A stretch of 64,000 bases of DNA, taken from contig MFPR01000001.1 in NCBI GenBank assembly GCA_001784175.1, forward strand, positions 62,001 through 126,000. Reading direction: 5' to 3'. Under the pieces are notes generated by a model, which had not been told where the DNA came from, made no database searches, and saw nothing but the letters and a program-made list of their open reading frames with translations. Positions within the stretch are counted from its first letter, which is position 1, and the number at the start of each line of letters is the position of its first letter. Below, piece after piece: positions 29,801 to 37,331 of this stretch. Position numbers and translations under genes: made by a program. Source of the stretch: Candidatus Lindowbacteria bacterium RIFCSPLOWO2_12_FULL_62_27. Lineage in GTDB: Bacteria; Lindowbacteria; 2-12-FULL-62-27.

Positions 29801-30301
29801 CACGAGAATTACGAGGAACTCCTCCGGTTCGTCGATACGCACCAGAAGCGTGTCGAGTGCTGCATCAAGCGCAGCTCGTTTCCCAAGCCCGAAGACACCG
29901 TCGGATGGGAGTTTGCCGTTCACCTCAAGTCCCTCGTGGTCGACGGGAAATCCGGCGTGGACCCCGCAGCCGCCAAGGCCAAATCCGAGGAGCTGCTCGG
30001 GAAAAGCCGGGAACTGGTCGCGGCCTTTCTCGAAAAACTCCCGAAACGCGCCGCCGAATTCCACGAGTTCATCGCCGACCACTGCATCGTTCCCGCCTAC
30101 AAGTTCAAGGTCCGGGACCGGTTCGACGAGGCGCGCAAGCTCTATCTGAAAATGGACTGGGACGCCGCCGAAAAGGCCTTCCAGGCGGTCCTCGAGATCG
30201 ATCCCAAGGACGGCCCGGCGACCAAATTCATCGAACGCATCGGCCACCTGCGCAAACACCCGCCGGCGCCCGATTGGAACGGAGACTGGGCGGAGGAATA
30301 G
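26834..30301 (+). CDS. CHASE2-domain class III adenylyl cyclase subunit B (C1-like: keeps both Asp, lacks N/R)
   Basis: CHASE2 (GRWPW, DVDGVVRR), 3 TM, core FSSDVSGFT / DKYEGDA / YTVMGEAVTLAEE; ATG 2 nt after the subunit A stop. Confidence 0.9.
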   Translation: MAEKEKARKVPPVKVAIIGLTCAAAVGVLTWLGVFQKVELELNKQRYVHRPAIDIDTTIFTIDIDDPSIDQIGRWPWTWDRHAVILDLAWLYDSRRVAFVEPYFSEPGPITVQTPQARQIALSLSQLAQGKTDVDYRTELEGQIPDFNRRFLKAVERFPATFIGNSFAIPEGPAAEDVRKIRQMSESYKAHYSLAKKQAIASLDSCSILRPDPASLLVAADIVPVTADLSRRIAGAGFMRIIQDVDGVVRRTPLLVWYDGRAHPSIALSMAADYFGCPLDRIRIHPGKYVEIPGRDRTVRVPIDRKGNLLINWAGKYQDTFFHLPYIVIAHHYAHRLAKRFVRQFTLGLDNPQDVMQKMAEFLTRQRLVPAEDVERTTQEIILVWLMDFFIDRNAPYEAFLANTGIEHSDGLRFWWDQLSVNKRTEDMLRSGQDPNYSAILVSLGLKDTDIYRDGVRQTAFFFRNGKINDVRPLMFMEPSTIDVSGVEMKFSPMDLTGKTVFVGLTATGLNAFNPIPYQQRYQMFGMIPNVYNTIVTEQFLRAQSPWMQYLYIILYALAVTWIVLHVRPLMGFGVTVLTSAVHIGAAWLLFIFAGVAIPVFAPVLTVVICYVSAMLYRYVQEQRERQKVRNMFGAMVSPEVLKMMETKGVALTGEKHEATMFSSDVSGFTTISEGVTAQELADILNIYLTPMSNIIMNFDGFVDKYEGDAIKADYGIPIIDPNHAWKGCLSALLQQEDLRVIQRLLLLKYGVKITARMGVNTGVVAAGNMGSEKKMQYTVMGEAVTLAEELEPINKLYESWIAIGPLTYEKARDYVEVRYLDRALMGPSAHPTEVYELMGWRREKFLEHWNGRPVPPLFIEAWRKLTPEKILGYIYYWDEKKFNDTPFYRDLRGLFDKLAPLSIETVKMNDIAGVHSLRVELAELDKAIQAYDNLLSGMTLDRISQSELDDFKAQEAKAAEDWLKTLWGWKVKLKQNQFAVQYLQGKIPHENYEELLRFVDTHQKRVECCIKRSSFPKPEDTVGWEFAVHLKSLVVDGKSGVDPAAAKAKSEELLGKSRELVAAFLEKLPKRAAEFHEFIADHCIVPAYKFKVRDRFDEARKLYLKMDWDAAEKAFQAVLEIDPKDGPATKFIERIGHLRKHPPAPDWNGDWAEE

Positions 30302-30328
30302 GAAGGAGGGAGAAAAGGAGGAGAAAGT

Positions 30329-30352
30329 GCCGCTCTTGACTTTTTGACTTTT
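30329..30352. repeat. Solo copy of the RAYT-flanking repeat
   Basis: GCCGCTCTTGACTTTTTGACTTTT, identical to 36297-36320, between convergent genes. Confidence 0.85.
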
Positions 30353-30918
30353 TACAGGATTTCCCGGTAAACTTCCTCCCGTGGATTCGGAATCACAACC
30401 TTGTTGACCAGCAGGCCCTTCTCGGCGATGATCTCCGCGCCCGCGTCGATCGCCGCGTTGACGTCGTCCAGCGAGCCGCACATCGTGACGAAGGCCTTTC
30501 CGCCCAAGGCCATCGCAAGGCGGATTTCAATGAGGTCGACGTCCGCCGCCTTCACGCTCGCGTCCGCTGCCTCGATCAGGGACGCGACGCTGAAACTCTC
30601 CAATATCCCCAGCGCCTCCGTGTCCCGAACGCTCGACATGCCCCGGATCGCCGGCACGACCTTGTCGTGGACGTTCGGAATGATGAAATCGTCGATCAGC
30701 GTGTAGTCGGCCGTTTCCCGGCCCGCACCCACCGCGCGCTCCACCGCGCCGGTCGAGCCCGTCACCAGGACCATGTACTTGCCGGAACAGATGGTCCGCG
30801 ACAGCAGAAGCTCCACGTTCCCGCTCTTGAGCATCGTGTCCGCCGTCTTGAAGCCGGACGCGATGCTCGATAGTTCAATGATGCCGATCGCCTCCCGCAT
30901 GGGAGATGTCTCAGCCAT
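30352..30918 (-). CDS. pduT: Tandem BMC shell protein, PduT-like (BMC-T)
   Basis: AIGIIELSSIASG, TICSGKY (Fe-S Cys), second domain ALGILE...LGGKAF. Confidence 0.88.
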   Translation of the reverse strand: MAETSPMREAIGIIELSSIASGFKTADTMLKSGNVELLLSRTICSGKYMVLVTGSTGAVERAVGAGRETADYTLIDDFIIPNVHDKVVPAIRGMSSVRDTEALGILESFSVASLIEAADASVKAADVDLIEIRLAMALGGKAFVTMCGSLDDVNAAIDAGAEIIAEKGLLVNKVVIPNPREEVYREIL

Positions 30919-30920
30919 GG

Positions 30921-32249
30921 CTACTCCCTCTCAATCACAATATCGCCGTTCACGGATGTGACCCGGCCCGAAATCGACGCGTGGATCGGCGCGCCCATCT
31001 GCCCTTCCGGCATCACCGCCACCGCCTGCCCCCGCTTCACGCGGTCGCCCGGCCGCACCGCCGGCGCCGCGGCTTGGCCGACATGCTGCTTGAGCGGCAA
31101 CGTCACGCGGTCCGGCTGATAGTTCGTCTCGACGTACGGCGCGGGCACGTCCCATTCCGTAAGGCCGAGCCGCCGCGTCAGGCGATCCAGCGGCAGCCGG
31201 CGAAACTGGAACATCGGATGCGGCTTGTATCCTTTGCGTGGGTTGAAGTCCTGCGGTTTCGCGCCTTCCTTGATTTTTTCGGCCCTCGTTGACCAACTGA
31301 TGATGTGCGGGTCCAGATCCTCGGGGCACGCAAAAAGCCCGCAGACGCCGCAGTGCACGCAGGCCAGCGCAAAATCGCTCTCGAGCTTCCAGCCGCTGCC
31401 GGTCAGCCCGAGCGTCCGCATCACGCGGTGCGGCTCGATCGGGTGGCCGATCAGATATCGCGGACAGAACTCCGTGCAGTAGGAACACTGGTCGCACGCC
31501 GATTTGCCGATGCGATTAAAGGCCTGCGGCTTTCTCGATTTTTTTTGTTCAAGGTAATGCCCGATGGGCACCGCGATATACCCCCCGCAGGATTTGGTCA
31601 CAATGTCTTCAAGATCGTACGTGAGCTTGCCCATCATCGCGCCGCCGTTCAAAAACGCGCATTCCGGAAACGTCAGCCCCCCCGCAAGATCCACGATCTC
31701 GCGCAGCCGCACCCCCACGGGCACTTTCACCGTCATCGGCCGCCGCACCGCGCCGGCAATCGTCAGATATTTTTCCGTGACCGGCTCGCCGCTCGCGTCG
31801 GCCCGATAGACGTTGAGCAGTGTCTCCACGTTCGAAACGACGCAGCCGACCTGGAGCGGAATTCCGCCGGGCGGAATCACGCGGCCGGTGACCTCATACA
31901 CGAGCACAAACTCGTCCCCGGCGGGATAGTAGGAGCCCATGAGAAACAGCTCCACGCCCGGACGCCCGCGCAGAACCTTCTCGAACGCCTCGACCGCGTC
32001 GTGCGCCTTCTTCTTGAGCGCAATCACGCCCTTGTCCGCCCCGACCTGCCGCATCACCAGCTCCACGCCCTTGACGATCTCCTCCGCCTTCAGGCGCATG
32101 ACCTCCTTGTCCTTGTACAGAAGCGGCTCGCACTCGGCTCCGTTGGCGATCACATATTCGGCCTTCGCGTTGTATTTCACGTAAGCCGGAAACCCGGCCC
32201 CGCCGGCCCCGACCACCCCGGCGGTCTTCACTTGATCAACGAGCGCCAT
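30921..32249 (-). CDS. pduS: PduS-like flavin/Fe-S oxidoreductase
   Basis: GVVGAGGAGFP, NGAECEP, YPAGDE, SLBB, CDQCSYCTEFCP and CVHCGVC...CP, C-terminal LKQHVG...IHASISG barrel. Confidence 0.87.
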   Translation of the reverse strand: MALVDQVKTAGVVGAGGAGFPAYVKYNAKAEYVIANGAECEPLLYKDKEVMRLKAEEIVKGVELVMRQVGADKGVIALKKKAHDAVEAFEKVLRGRPGVELFLMGSYYPAGDEFVLVYEVTGRVIPPGGIPLQVGCVVSNVETLLNVYRADASGEPVTEKYLTIAGAVRRPMTVKVPVGVRLREIVDLAGGLTFPECAFLNGGAMMGKLTYDLEDIVTKSCGGYIAVPIGHYLEQKKSRKPQAFNRIGKSACDQCSYCTEFCPRYLIGHPIEPHRVMRTLGLTGSGWKLESDFALACVHCGVCGLFACPEDLDPHIISWSTRAEKIKEGAKPQDFNPRKGYKPHPMFQFRRLPLDRLTRRLGLTEWDVPAPYVETNYQPDRVTLPLKQHVGQAAAPAVRPGDRVKRGQAVAVMPEGQMGAPIHASISGRVTSVNGDIVIERE

Positions 32250-32303
32250 ATCCCGAGCCTACCCGAAATCTATTGGTTTGACAAGGAACAGAACAAGGAG
32301 CAT

Positions 32304-33587
32304 TCACGTCATCGCCAGATTGATCAGGAACAGCGCGCAGATCGCGTACATCATTGGATGGATGTCGCGCGCGCGGCCCATGCAAAGATGGAGAAGCAGG
32401 TGCGACATGAAGCCGAATCCGATGCCGATGGAGATGGAGTAGGTCAGCGGCATGAGCAGCATCGTCACGAACACCGGCAGGCCCTCCGCGATGTCCGAGA
32501 AATTGATTCGGGTGATCTCGGCCATCATCAATAATCCGACCAGCACCAGGACCGGCGCCGTGGCGAATCCCGGCACGGCCGTGACCAGCGGCGCGATGAA
32601 CAGGCCGAGGAGAAAGAGCCCGCCGCACACGACCGCCGTAAGACCCGTCCGGCCCCCGCTCTCCACGCCCGCCGCGGACTCGATGTAGCTGGTCGTGTTG
32701 CTCGTCCCCAGAATCGAGCCGATCGGCGTGGCCAGCGAGTCGGCCTGGAGCGCCTCGCGAATCCTCGGGAATTCGCCGTCCTCCCTCACCAGCTTTGCGG
32801 CGTACCCGACCGCGAGAAGCGTTCCCAGGGTGTCGAAGAGGTCGACGAACATCGACGCGACGATCACCCCCCACAGCCGGGGTTCACGGAGGGGCGCGAG
32901 AATGTCGAGCTGCAGAAACGTCGGCGCGAGCGACGGAGGCGGGCCGACGAGCGCGGCCGGTTTGGGCGCCAGGCCCGTCACGAAGGCCACGGCGGATACG
33001 GACAGGATTCCGATGAGAAACGCCGCGCGGATTTTCTGCGCCATCAACACCGCCATGACCACCAGACCCGCCAGGGACATGAGCACGGCGGGTTTCGAGA
33101 GATCTCCGACCGTCACCAGCGTCACCGGATGCGCGGCGACGAGTCCCATGTTCTGAAATCCGATGAACGCCAAAAAGAGCCCTATGCCGATCGCGATCGC
33201 CCGCTTGAGCGCCGTCGGAATCGCTCGCACGATCATCTCGCGCACGTTCGTCCACGTGAGCGCCACATTGAGCGCCCCGGACCAGAACACCACGCCGAGC
33301 GCCTGCGGCCACGGGACCTTCATCGAGAGACATATCGTGTAGGTGAAAAACGCGTTCAGCCCCATCCCCGGCGCCAGGGCCACCGGAAGGTTCGCCCACA
33401 GGCCCATCGACAGCGACGCGAGCGCCGCCGCCAGACACGTCGCCGCCGTCACCGCGCCCTTGTCCATGCCGGACGCGGCCAGAATCTGGGGGTTGACGAA
33501 GATGATGTACGACATCGTGAGAAACGTCGTCACGCCGGCAAGACTCTCGGTCCGCGCGTCCGTTCCGTGCTCCTCAAGCTTGAACAT
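32304..33587 (-). CDS. NCS2 (AzgA-like) purine permease
   Basis: TTFLTMSYIIFVNP, APGMGLNAFF, YIESAAGVESGGRTG. Confidence 0.92.
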   Translation of the reverse strand: MFKLEEHGTDARTESLAGVTTFLTMSYIIFVNPQILAASGMDKGAVTAATCLAAALASLSMGLWANLPVALAPGMGLNAFFTYTICLSMKVPWPQALGVVFWSGALNVALTWTNVREMIVRAIPTALKRAIAIGIGLFLAFIGFQNMGLVAAHPVTLVTVGDLSKPAVLMSLAGLVVMAVLMAQKIRAAFLIGILSVSAVAFVTGLAPKPAALVGPPPSLAPTFLQLDILAPLREPRLWGVIVASMFVDLFDTLGTLLAVGYAAKLVREDGEFPRIREALQADSLATPIGSILGTSNTTSYIESAAGVESGGRTGLTAVVCGGLFLLGLFIAPLVTAVPGFATAPVLVLVGLLMMAEITRINFSDIAEGLPVFVTMLLMPLTYSISIGIGFGFMSHLLLHLCMGRARDIHPMMYAICALFLINLAMT

Positions 33588-33595
33588 GGCGGTGG

Positions 33596-33646
33596 ATGGT
33601 AAGTGCAACCGCGCAATTTGACAAGCGGCGGTCCCGCCGATACAGT
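33596..33646. promoter_or_regulatory. Divergent sigma70 promoters with overlapping -35 boxes
   Basis: + strand TTGACA(33618)-N17-TACAGT; - strand TTGTCA(33624)-N17-TACCAT. Confidence 0.65.
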
Positions 33647-33655
33647 GGTAACGCC

Positions 33656-34372
33656 ATGAGCCGATCAACGAATCCCTCCCGGCGCGGCCGGGACGACGCG
33701 ATTACGCCGCTTTCGGGCGACGCTGCCCAGTATTATCTGTGCCAAGCGGGCCGAATCTTCGGCCCGATCGAACTCACCGCCATTGCGACTTGGATCGGCG
33801 AAAATCGGGTGACGCCGAGGGATTGGGTCTTCGTGCCGTCCCTCTGCGACTGGGCGCCGATTCTGGAAGTCCCGGAAATGGCCGGATGCTTTTACAACCC
33901 GTCCGACAAGCCGATCGGCCCGCCGCCGGGAATGCCGGTGGAGGCGTATCTCAAGTATTATCGCGCCCAGCAGGAGGCCGCACCGGAGGCGGAGGCGCCG
34001 CAACGGGTCGAAAAGCGCCAGTGGGTCCGTATCCCGCTCCACACCACGATGACGTTCCGGGAAATCAGGGACGGCGCGGCCAAACCCGCCGAGCGGCATC
34101 AGGCCTATACGGTAAACATTTCAGAAGGAGGACTCGCGTTTGAGTGGTCGGCTGCGATTGCGACAAAAACAGCCATCGAAGTGAGAGTCGACTTCTATCC
34201 AACGACACTCCGCGCCGATGCCGCGGTGGCGCACTGTGACCCCAAGGAGGCCGGCACGTATCAGATCGGCGCCGCGTTCAAGAATCTGCCGCAGACCGAA
34301 CGCGACAAGATCCGCCACTTCGTCCGGGCCTGCATCCGCACCGCCTCGAACGCCACACCGCCGCCTGTGTAA
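33656..34372 (+). CDS. GYF_2-like + PilZ domain protein
   Basis: IFGP...W..I.EVPE; PilZ RQWVR and NISEGG. Confidence 0.78.
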   Translation: MSRSTNPSRRGRDDAITPLSGDAAQYYLCQAGRIFGPIELTAIATWIGENRVTPRDWVFVPSLCDWAPILEVPEMAGCFYNPSDKPIGPPPGMPVEAYLKYYRAQQEAAPEAEAPQRVEKRQWVRIPLHTTMTFREIRDGAAKPAERHQAYTVNISEGGLAFEWSAAIATKTAIEVRVDFYPTTLRADAAVAHCDPKEAGTYQIGAAFKNLPQTERDKIRHFVRACIRTASNATPPPV

Positions 34373-34383
34373 TCTTCCGGCGG

Positions 34384-35385
34384 CTATTTTTCGACGATTG
34401 TTTCCTTGACCTTCATCCCAAAGTGCCGGCCCGCCTCCTCGGTCAGCCCGAGGACCCGGTCGCCTTCCTTGACATCGACCACTGACTTTGGCCGGCCGCC
34501 TTCGAGCGTGAGCTTGATGGTTTCGGCGTTTTGCAGAACGAGGGCCACCGTCTCGCCTGCTTCCGTCCGGCCCTCGATCAGGAGCATCGGGCGGCGTTCG
34601 ATCTTGGCGCGGCCGACCACGGCGCGCTGGGTGCGGCCGTCGTGCCGGACGATCAGGACCTCGACGCCGGATTCGATTTCGGAAAGATATTTTGTTTTGC
34701 CGTCCGGGACCTTGCAGTAGGCGTGGAGGGCGCCGGCGTTGACGCGGAACGGCCGCGAGGCGACATACTCGCTCTCCTCGACCTCGGCATGCACGAGGAA
34801 AAATCCGGACGAGCTGTTGCCCACCAGCAGCCCCTCGCCCATCGACATCTTCGTGCAGGTGTCGACGCAGACCCGGTCGCCCATCCCGAGCTGCCGGACC
34901 TTGGTCAGGGTCACCGGCACGAGCCGGACCGGCTCCTCCATGGCCCGGAGCGCCTCGGCGACGGCGCGCACGTTTTTCGCGTCGCCGTTACGCAGCACGA
35001 CGCCGCGAACGCCCTTTTCGAGTATGCCCGCCGCCAGGCGCGCCTCCTCGGCGTTCGATACGTAGGTGTACAATGCGTCGGACTGAGCCACGAGATTTTC
35101 GAGCGGGATGATCGTCCAGTCCTTTGTGTCGACGATGACGTTGCGGTGGGCGGCCAGCCCCGCGGCCCGGACCTCGTCGCCCTTGCTCCGGATCTCGACG
35201 ATCACGGCCTGCTCGCCGAGCTTGACGTCGCCGTCCGGCGCCACGATCTTGATCTTGCCGAGCTTGCGAATCGTTTCGGCCTGGCCGGCCTGCAGGAGCA
35301 GGAGCGCGTCAACGCCGGCCTCCAAGCAGGCGGCCACCAGCGGCTTGTCCGGCCGGTCAATCTGGACCCACAGCTCTTTTTTCAT
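34384..35385 (-). CDS. aroB': 3-dehydroquinate synthase II
   Basis: WTIIPLENL, GDRVCVDT, RPFRVNAG, LQNAETI, GRHFG. Confidence 0.95.
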   Translation of the reverse strand: MKKELWVQIDRPDKPLVAACLEAGVDALLLLQAGQAETIRKLGKIKIVAPDGDVKLGEQAVIVEIRSKGDEVRAAGLAAHRNVIVDTKDWTIIPLENLVAQSDALYTYVSNAEEARLAAGILEKGVRGVVLRNGDAKNVRAVAEALRAMEEPVRLVPVTLTKVRQLGMGDRVCVDTCTKMSMGEGLLVGNSSSGFFLVHAEVEESEYVASRPFRVNAGALHAYCKVPDGKTKYLSEIESGVEVLIVRHDGRTQRAVVGRAKIERRPMLLIEGRTEAGETVALVLQNAETIKLTLEGGRPKSVVDVKEGDRVLGLTEEAGRHFGMKVKETIVEK

Positions 35386-35386
35386 T

Positions 35387-36190
35387 CTACTTGCCGCGCA
35401 GACTCTTCTCGGCCTCTTTCACCGACTTTTTGTCATGGACGATCGCGGAAATCGCACGGATCATCTTGACCGGGTCCTTGTGCTGGAACACGTTCCGCCC
35501 GATCGAGGCCCCGCGCGCGCCGGCCTGCATCGCGCCGTGCATCATTTCCAGAACCTCCGTGTCCGTCTCCATCTTCTCGCCGCCCGCAATCAGCACCGGA
35601 ATCGGACAGCCCTGGACCACCTTGCGGAACGTCTCGACACTGCCGGTGTACTGCACCTTCACGATGTCCGCGCCCATCTCGGCGGCCACCCGCGCCGCGT
35701 GCGACACGATCAGCGGGTCGTACGCGTCCTTCACTTTCTCTCCGCGCGTGTACATCATCGCCAGAAGCGGCATGCCCCAGGCTCGGGCCTGGGCCGACAC
35801 CTGGCCGAGTTGCTCCAGCATCTGCGGCTCTTCGTCGGCCGCCAGATTGATGTGGACCGACACGCCGTCCGCCCCGCGCCGGATGGCCTCCTCGACAGTG
35901 CAGACCATGACTTTGTAGTTGGGGGTGGGCGACAACGACGTCGAGGCCGACATGTGAATGATGAGCCCCACGTCCCGCCCGCCGCCACGGTAGCCGGATT
36001 CGACGATGCCCTTGTGCAACAGAACCGCGTCCGCGCCTCCTTCGACGCATTTCGACACGGTGTCCTTCATGTTCTCGAGACCCTTGATCGGACCGAGGGT
36101 CAGCCCATGGTCCATCGGAATGACCACGCAGTTGCCGGTCCGCCGATTCATGATCCGCTCCATCCGGATGGCCTTGCCGATCAGCAGCAT
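35387..36190 (-). CDS. aroA': 2-amino-3,7-dideoxy-D-threo-hept-6-ulosonate synthase (class I aldolase)
   Basis: PMDHG, HKG, AMMYTRG, GADIVK, GRNVFQ; adjacent to DHQ synthase II. Confidence 0.9.
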   Translation of the reverse strand: MLLIGKAIRMERIMNRRTGNCVVIPMDHGLTLGPIKGLENMKDTVSKCVEGGADAVLLHKGIVESGYRGGGRDVGLIIHMSASTSLSPTPNYKVMVCTVEEAIRRGADGVSVHINLAADEEPQMLEQLGQVSAQARAWGMPLLAMMYTRGEKVKDAYDPLIVSHAARVAAEMGADIVKVQYTGSVETFRKVVQGCPIPVLIAGGEKMETDTEVLEMMHGAMQAGARGASIGRNVFQHKDPVKMIRAISAIVHDKKSVKEAEKSLRGK

Positions 36191-36293
36191 GTTCTTGTCC
36201 TCCTGACGCCAATGTGACCCAACGCCACGCGCAAACCCTGATTTTTCAACATCGGCATGGGAAAGTCAACAAACGAGGATGGGACCAAAGGAT

Positions 36294-37315
36294 GGGGCCG
36301 CTCTTGACTTTTTGACTTTTGGGCTTTTCATGACTCCAGAAGCGCCAAAACCTCTTGTTCCATTGCCGGATATTTCCGACTCAGAAGGTGGAACCGGCGG
36401 TAACAACGGGTGACGCCGGATGGACTGATCTTCAGAAAAGATGCGATCTTGGAAGGTTTGATTTCGCAAAAATGCATCGCGGCGTATACGATTTTACTCC
36501 GAATATCCGATATCTCACGTGGCCGGTGCATGGCTGTAATCTGCGCAACGAAAATTCCACTGGCCTTGCAAATTCGCCGGCAGATTTCATCCAACGATCT
36601 TCTCACGATACCCTTGTGAATCACCCTTCGGCGTGGTTCATGTTCATGCTTGATGGCACGCATAAAATCCGGCTCTCCCAATACGGGGTATCGTTCCGAC
36701 GGATACATCCCGCGCTCGAACCGCCTGGCATCTTTTGAGCCATCATGCTCCAAATGAAACCGGATGAAACTCCGCGTGTCACGAAACTGGGCCTTGATCA
36801 GACCCGTCGTCAAAAAGGCATGCCTCCGACCGTGTACATAATCTCGATAACTGCTCCACCTCCATTTTTCAGGCCTGCTGACAAGGCCCGCACGCACCGG
36901 ATTCATGTGGATGTAGCGCATCAGTTCCAATAGATAAGCTTCCTTTTGGCATAATATGGCCCGGTATCGGCCCTGAAACACATGCCCGACTTTGTGATAC
37001 TTCCGGTTAAAGTACTGCGCGTACCTCGTCAAAAGCGATCTCATGATCGTCGACAAAGGGACATGCCCGACCTCGATGATCAGATGGAAGTGGTTCGGCA
37101 TCAGGCAAAATGCATATACGCGAAAGGCGTATCGTTTCTGCACGAGGACGATCGATTCGAGGAAGTACTGATAGTCCCGGGACTCAAGAAATAGTGGTTC
37201 CCGTCGGTTCCCGCGATTGAGAGCATGGTAACACGCTCCGGGGAAATGGATCCGGTGTTTTCTGGGCATAGAAAGAGAATAGTTGCAACAAAGTCAAAAA
37301 GTCAAGAGCGGCCCC
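36294..37315. mobile_element. RAYT element bounded by 26-bp perfect inverted repeats
   Basis: GGGGCCGCTCTTGACTTTTTGACTTT at 36294-36319 and its reverse complement at 37290-37315; lower GC inside. Confidence 0.85.
36328..37269 (-). CDS. REP-associated tyrosine transposase (Y1/HUH) with C-terminal HTH
   Basis: YHALNRGNRR, CLMPNHFHL, GHVFQGRY, YIHMNPVRAG, WSSY. Confidence 0.92.
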   Translation of the reverse strand: MPRKHRIHFPGACYHALNRGNRREPLFLESRDYQYFLESIVLVQKRYAFRVYAFCLMPNHFHLIIEVGHVPLSTIMRSLLTRYAQYFNRKYHKVGHVFQGRYRAILCQKEAYLLELMRYIHMNPVRAGLVSRPEKWRWSSYRDYVHGRRHAFLTTGLIKAQFRDTRSFIRFHLEHDGSKDARRFERGMYPSERYPVLGEPDFMRAIKHEHEPRRRVIHKGIVRRSLDEICRRICKASGIFVAQITAMHRPREISDIRSKIVYAAMHFCEIKPSKIASFLKISPSGVTRCYRRFHLLSRKYPAMEQEVLALLES

Positions 37316-37331
37316 TTTTTCCTTTTTTTCT

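Noticed and set aside
23352-30301. Cyclases as decaying pseudo-enzymes or as guanylyl cyclases
   Set aside because: The lesions are exactly reciprocal in intact full-length ORFs, and the Lys/Thr specificity residues indicate ATP rather than the Glu/Cys pair of guanylyl cyclases.
27437-30481. 1014-aa minus-strand ORF, and similar long ORFs at 4984-7347, 16079-18295, 19439-21508, 23109-24989, 51276-53447 and 54483-56396
   Set aside because: Antisense shadows of real genes caused by high-GC codon bias; no recognisable motifs.
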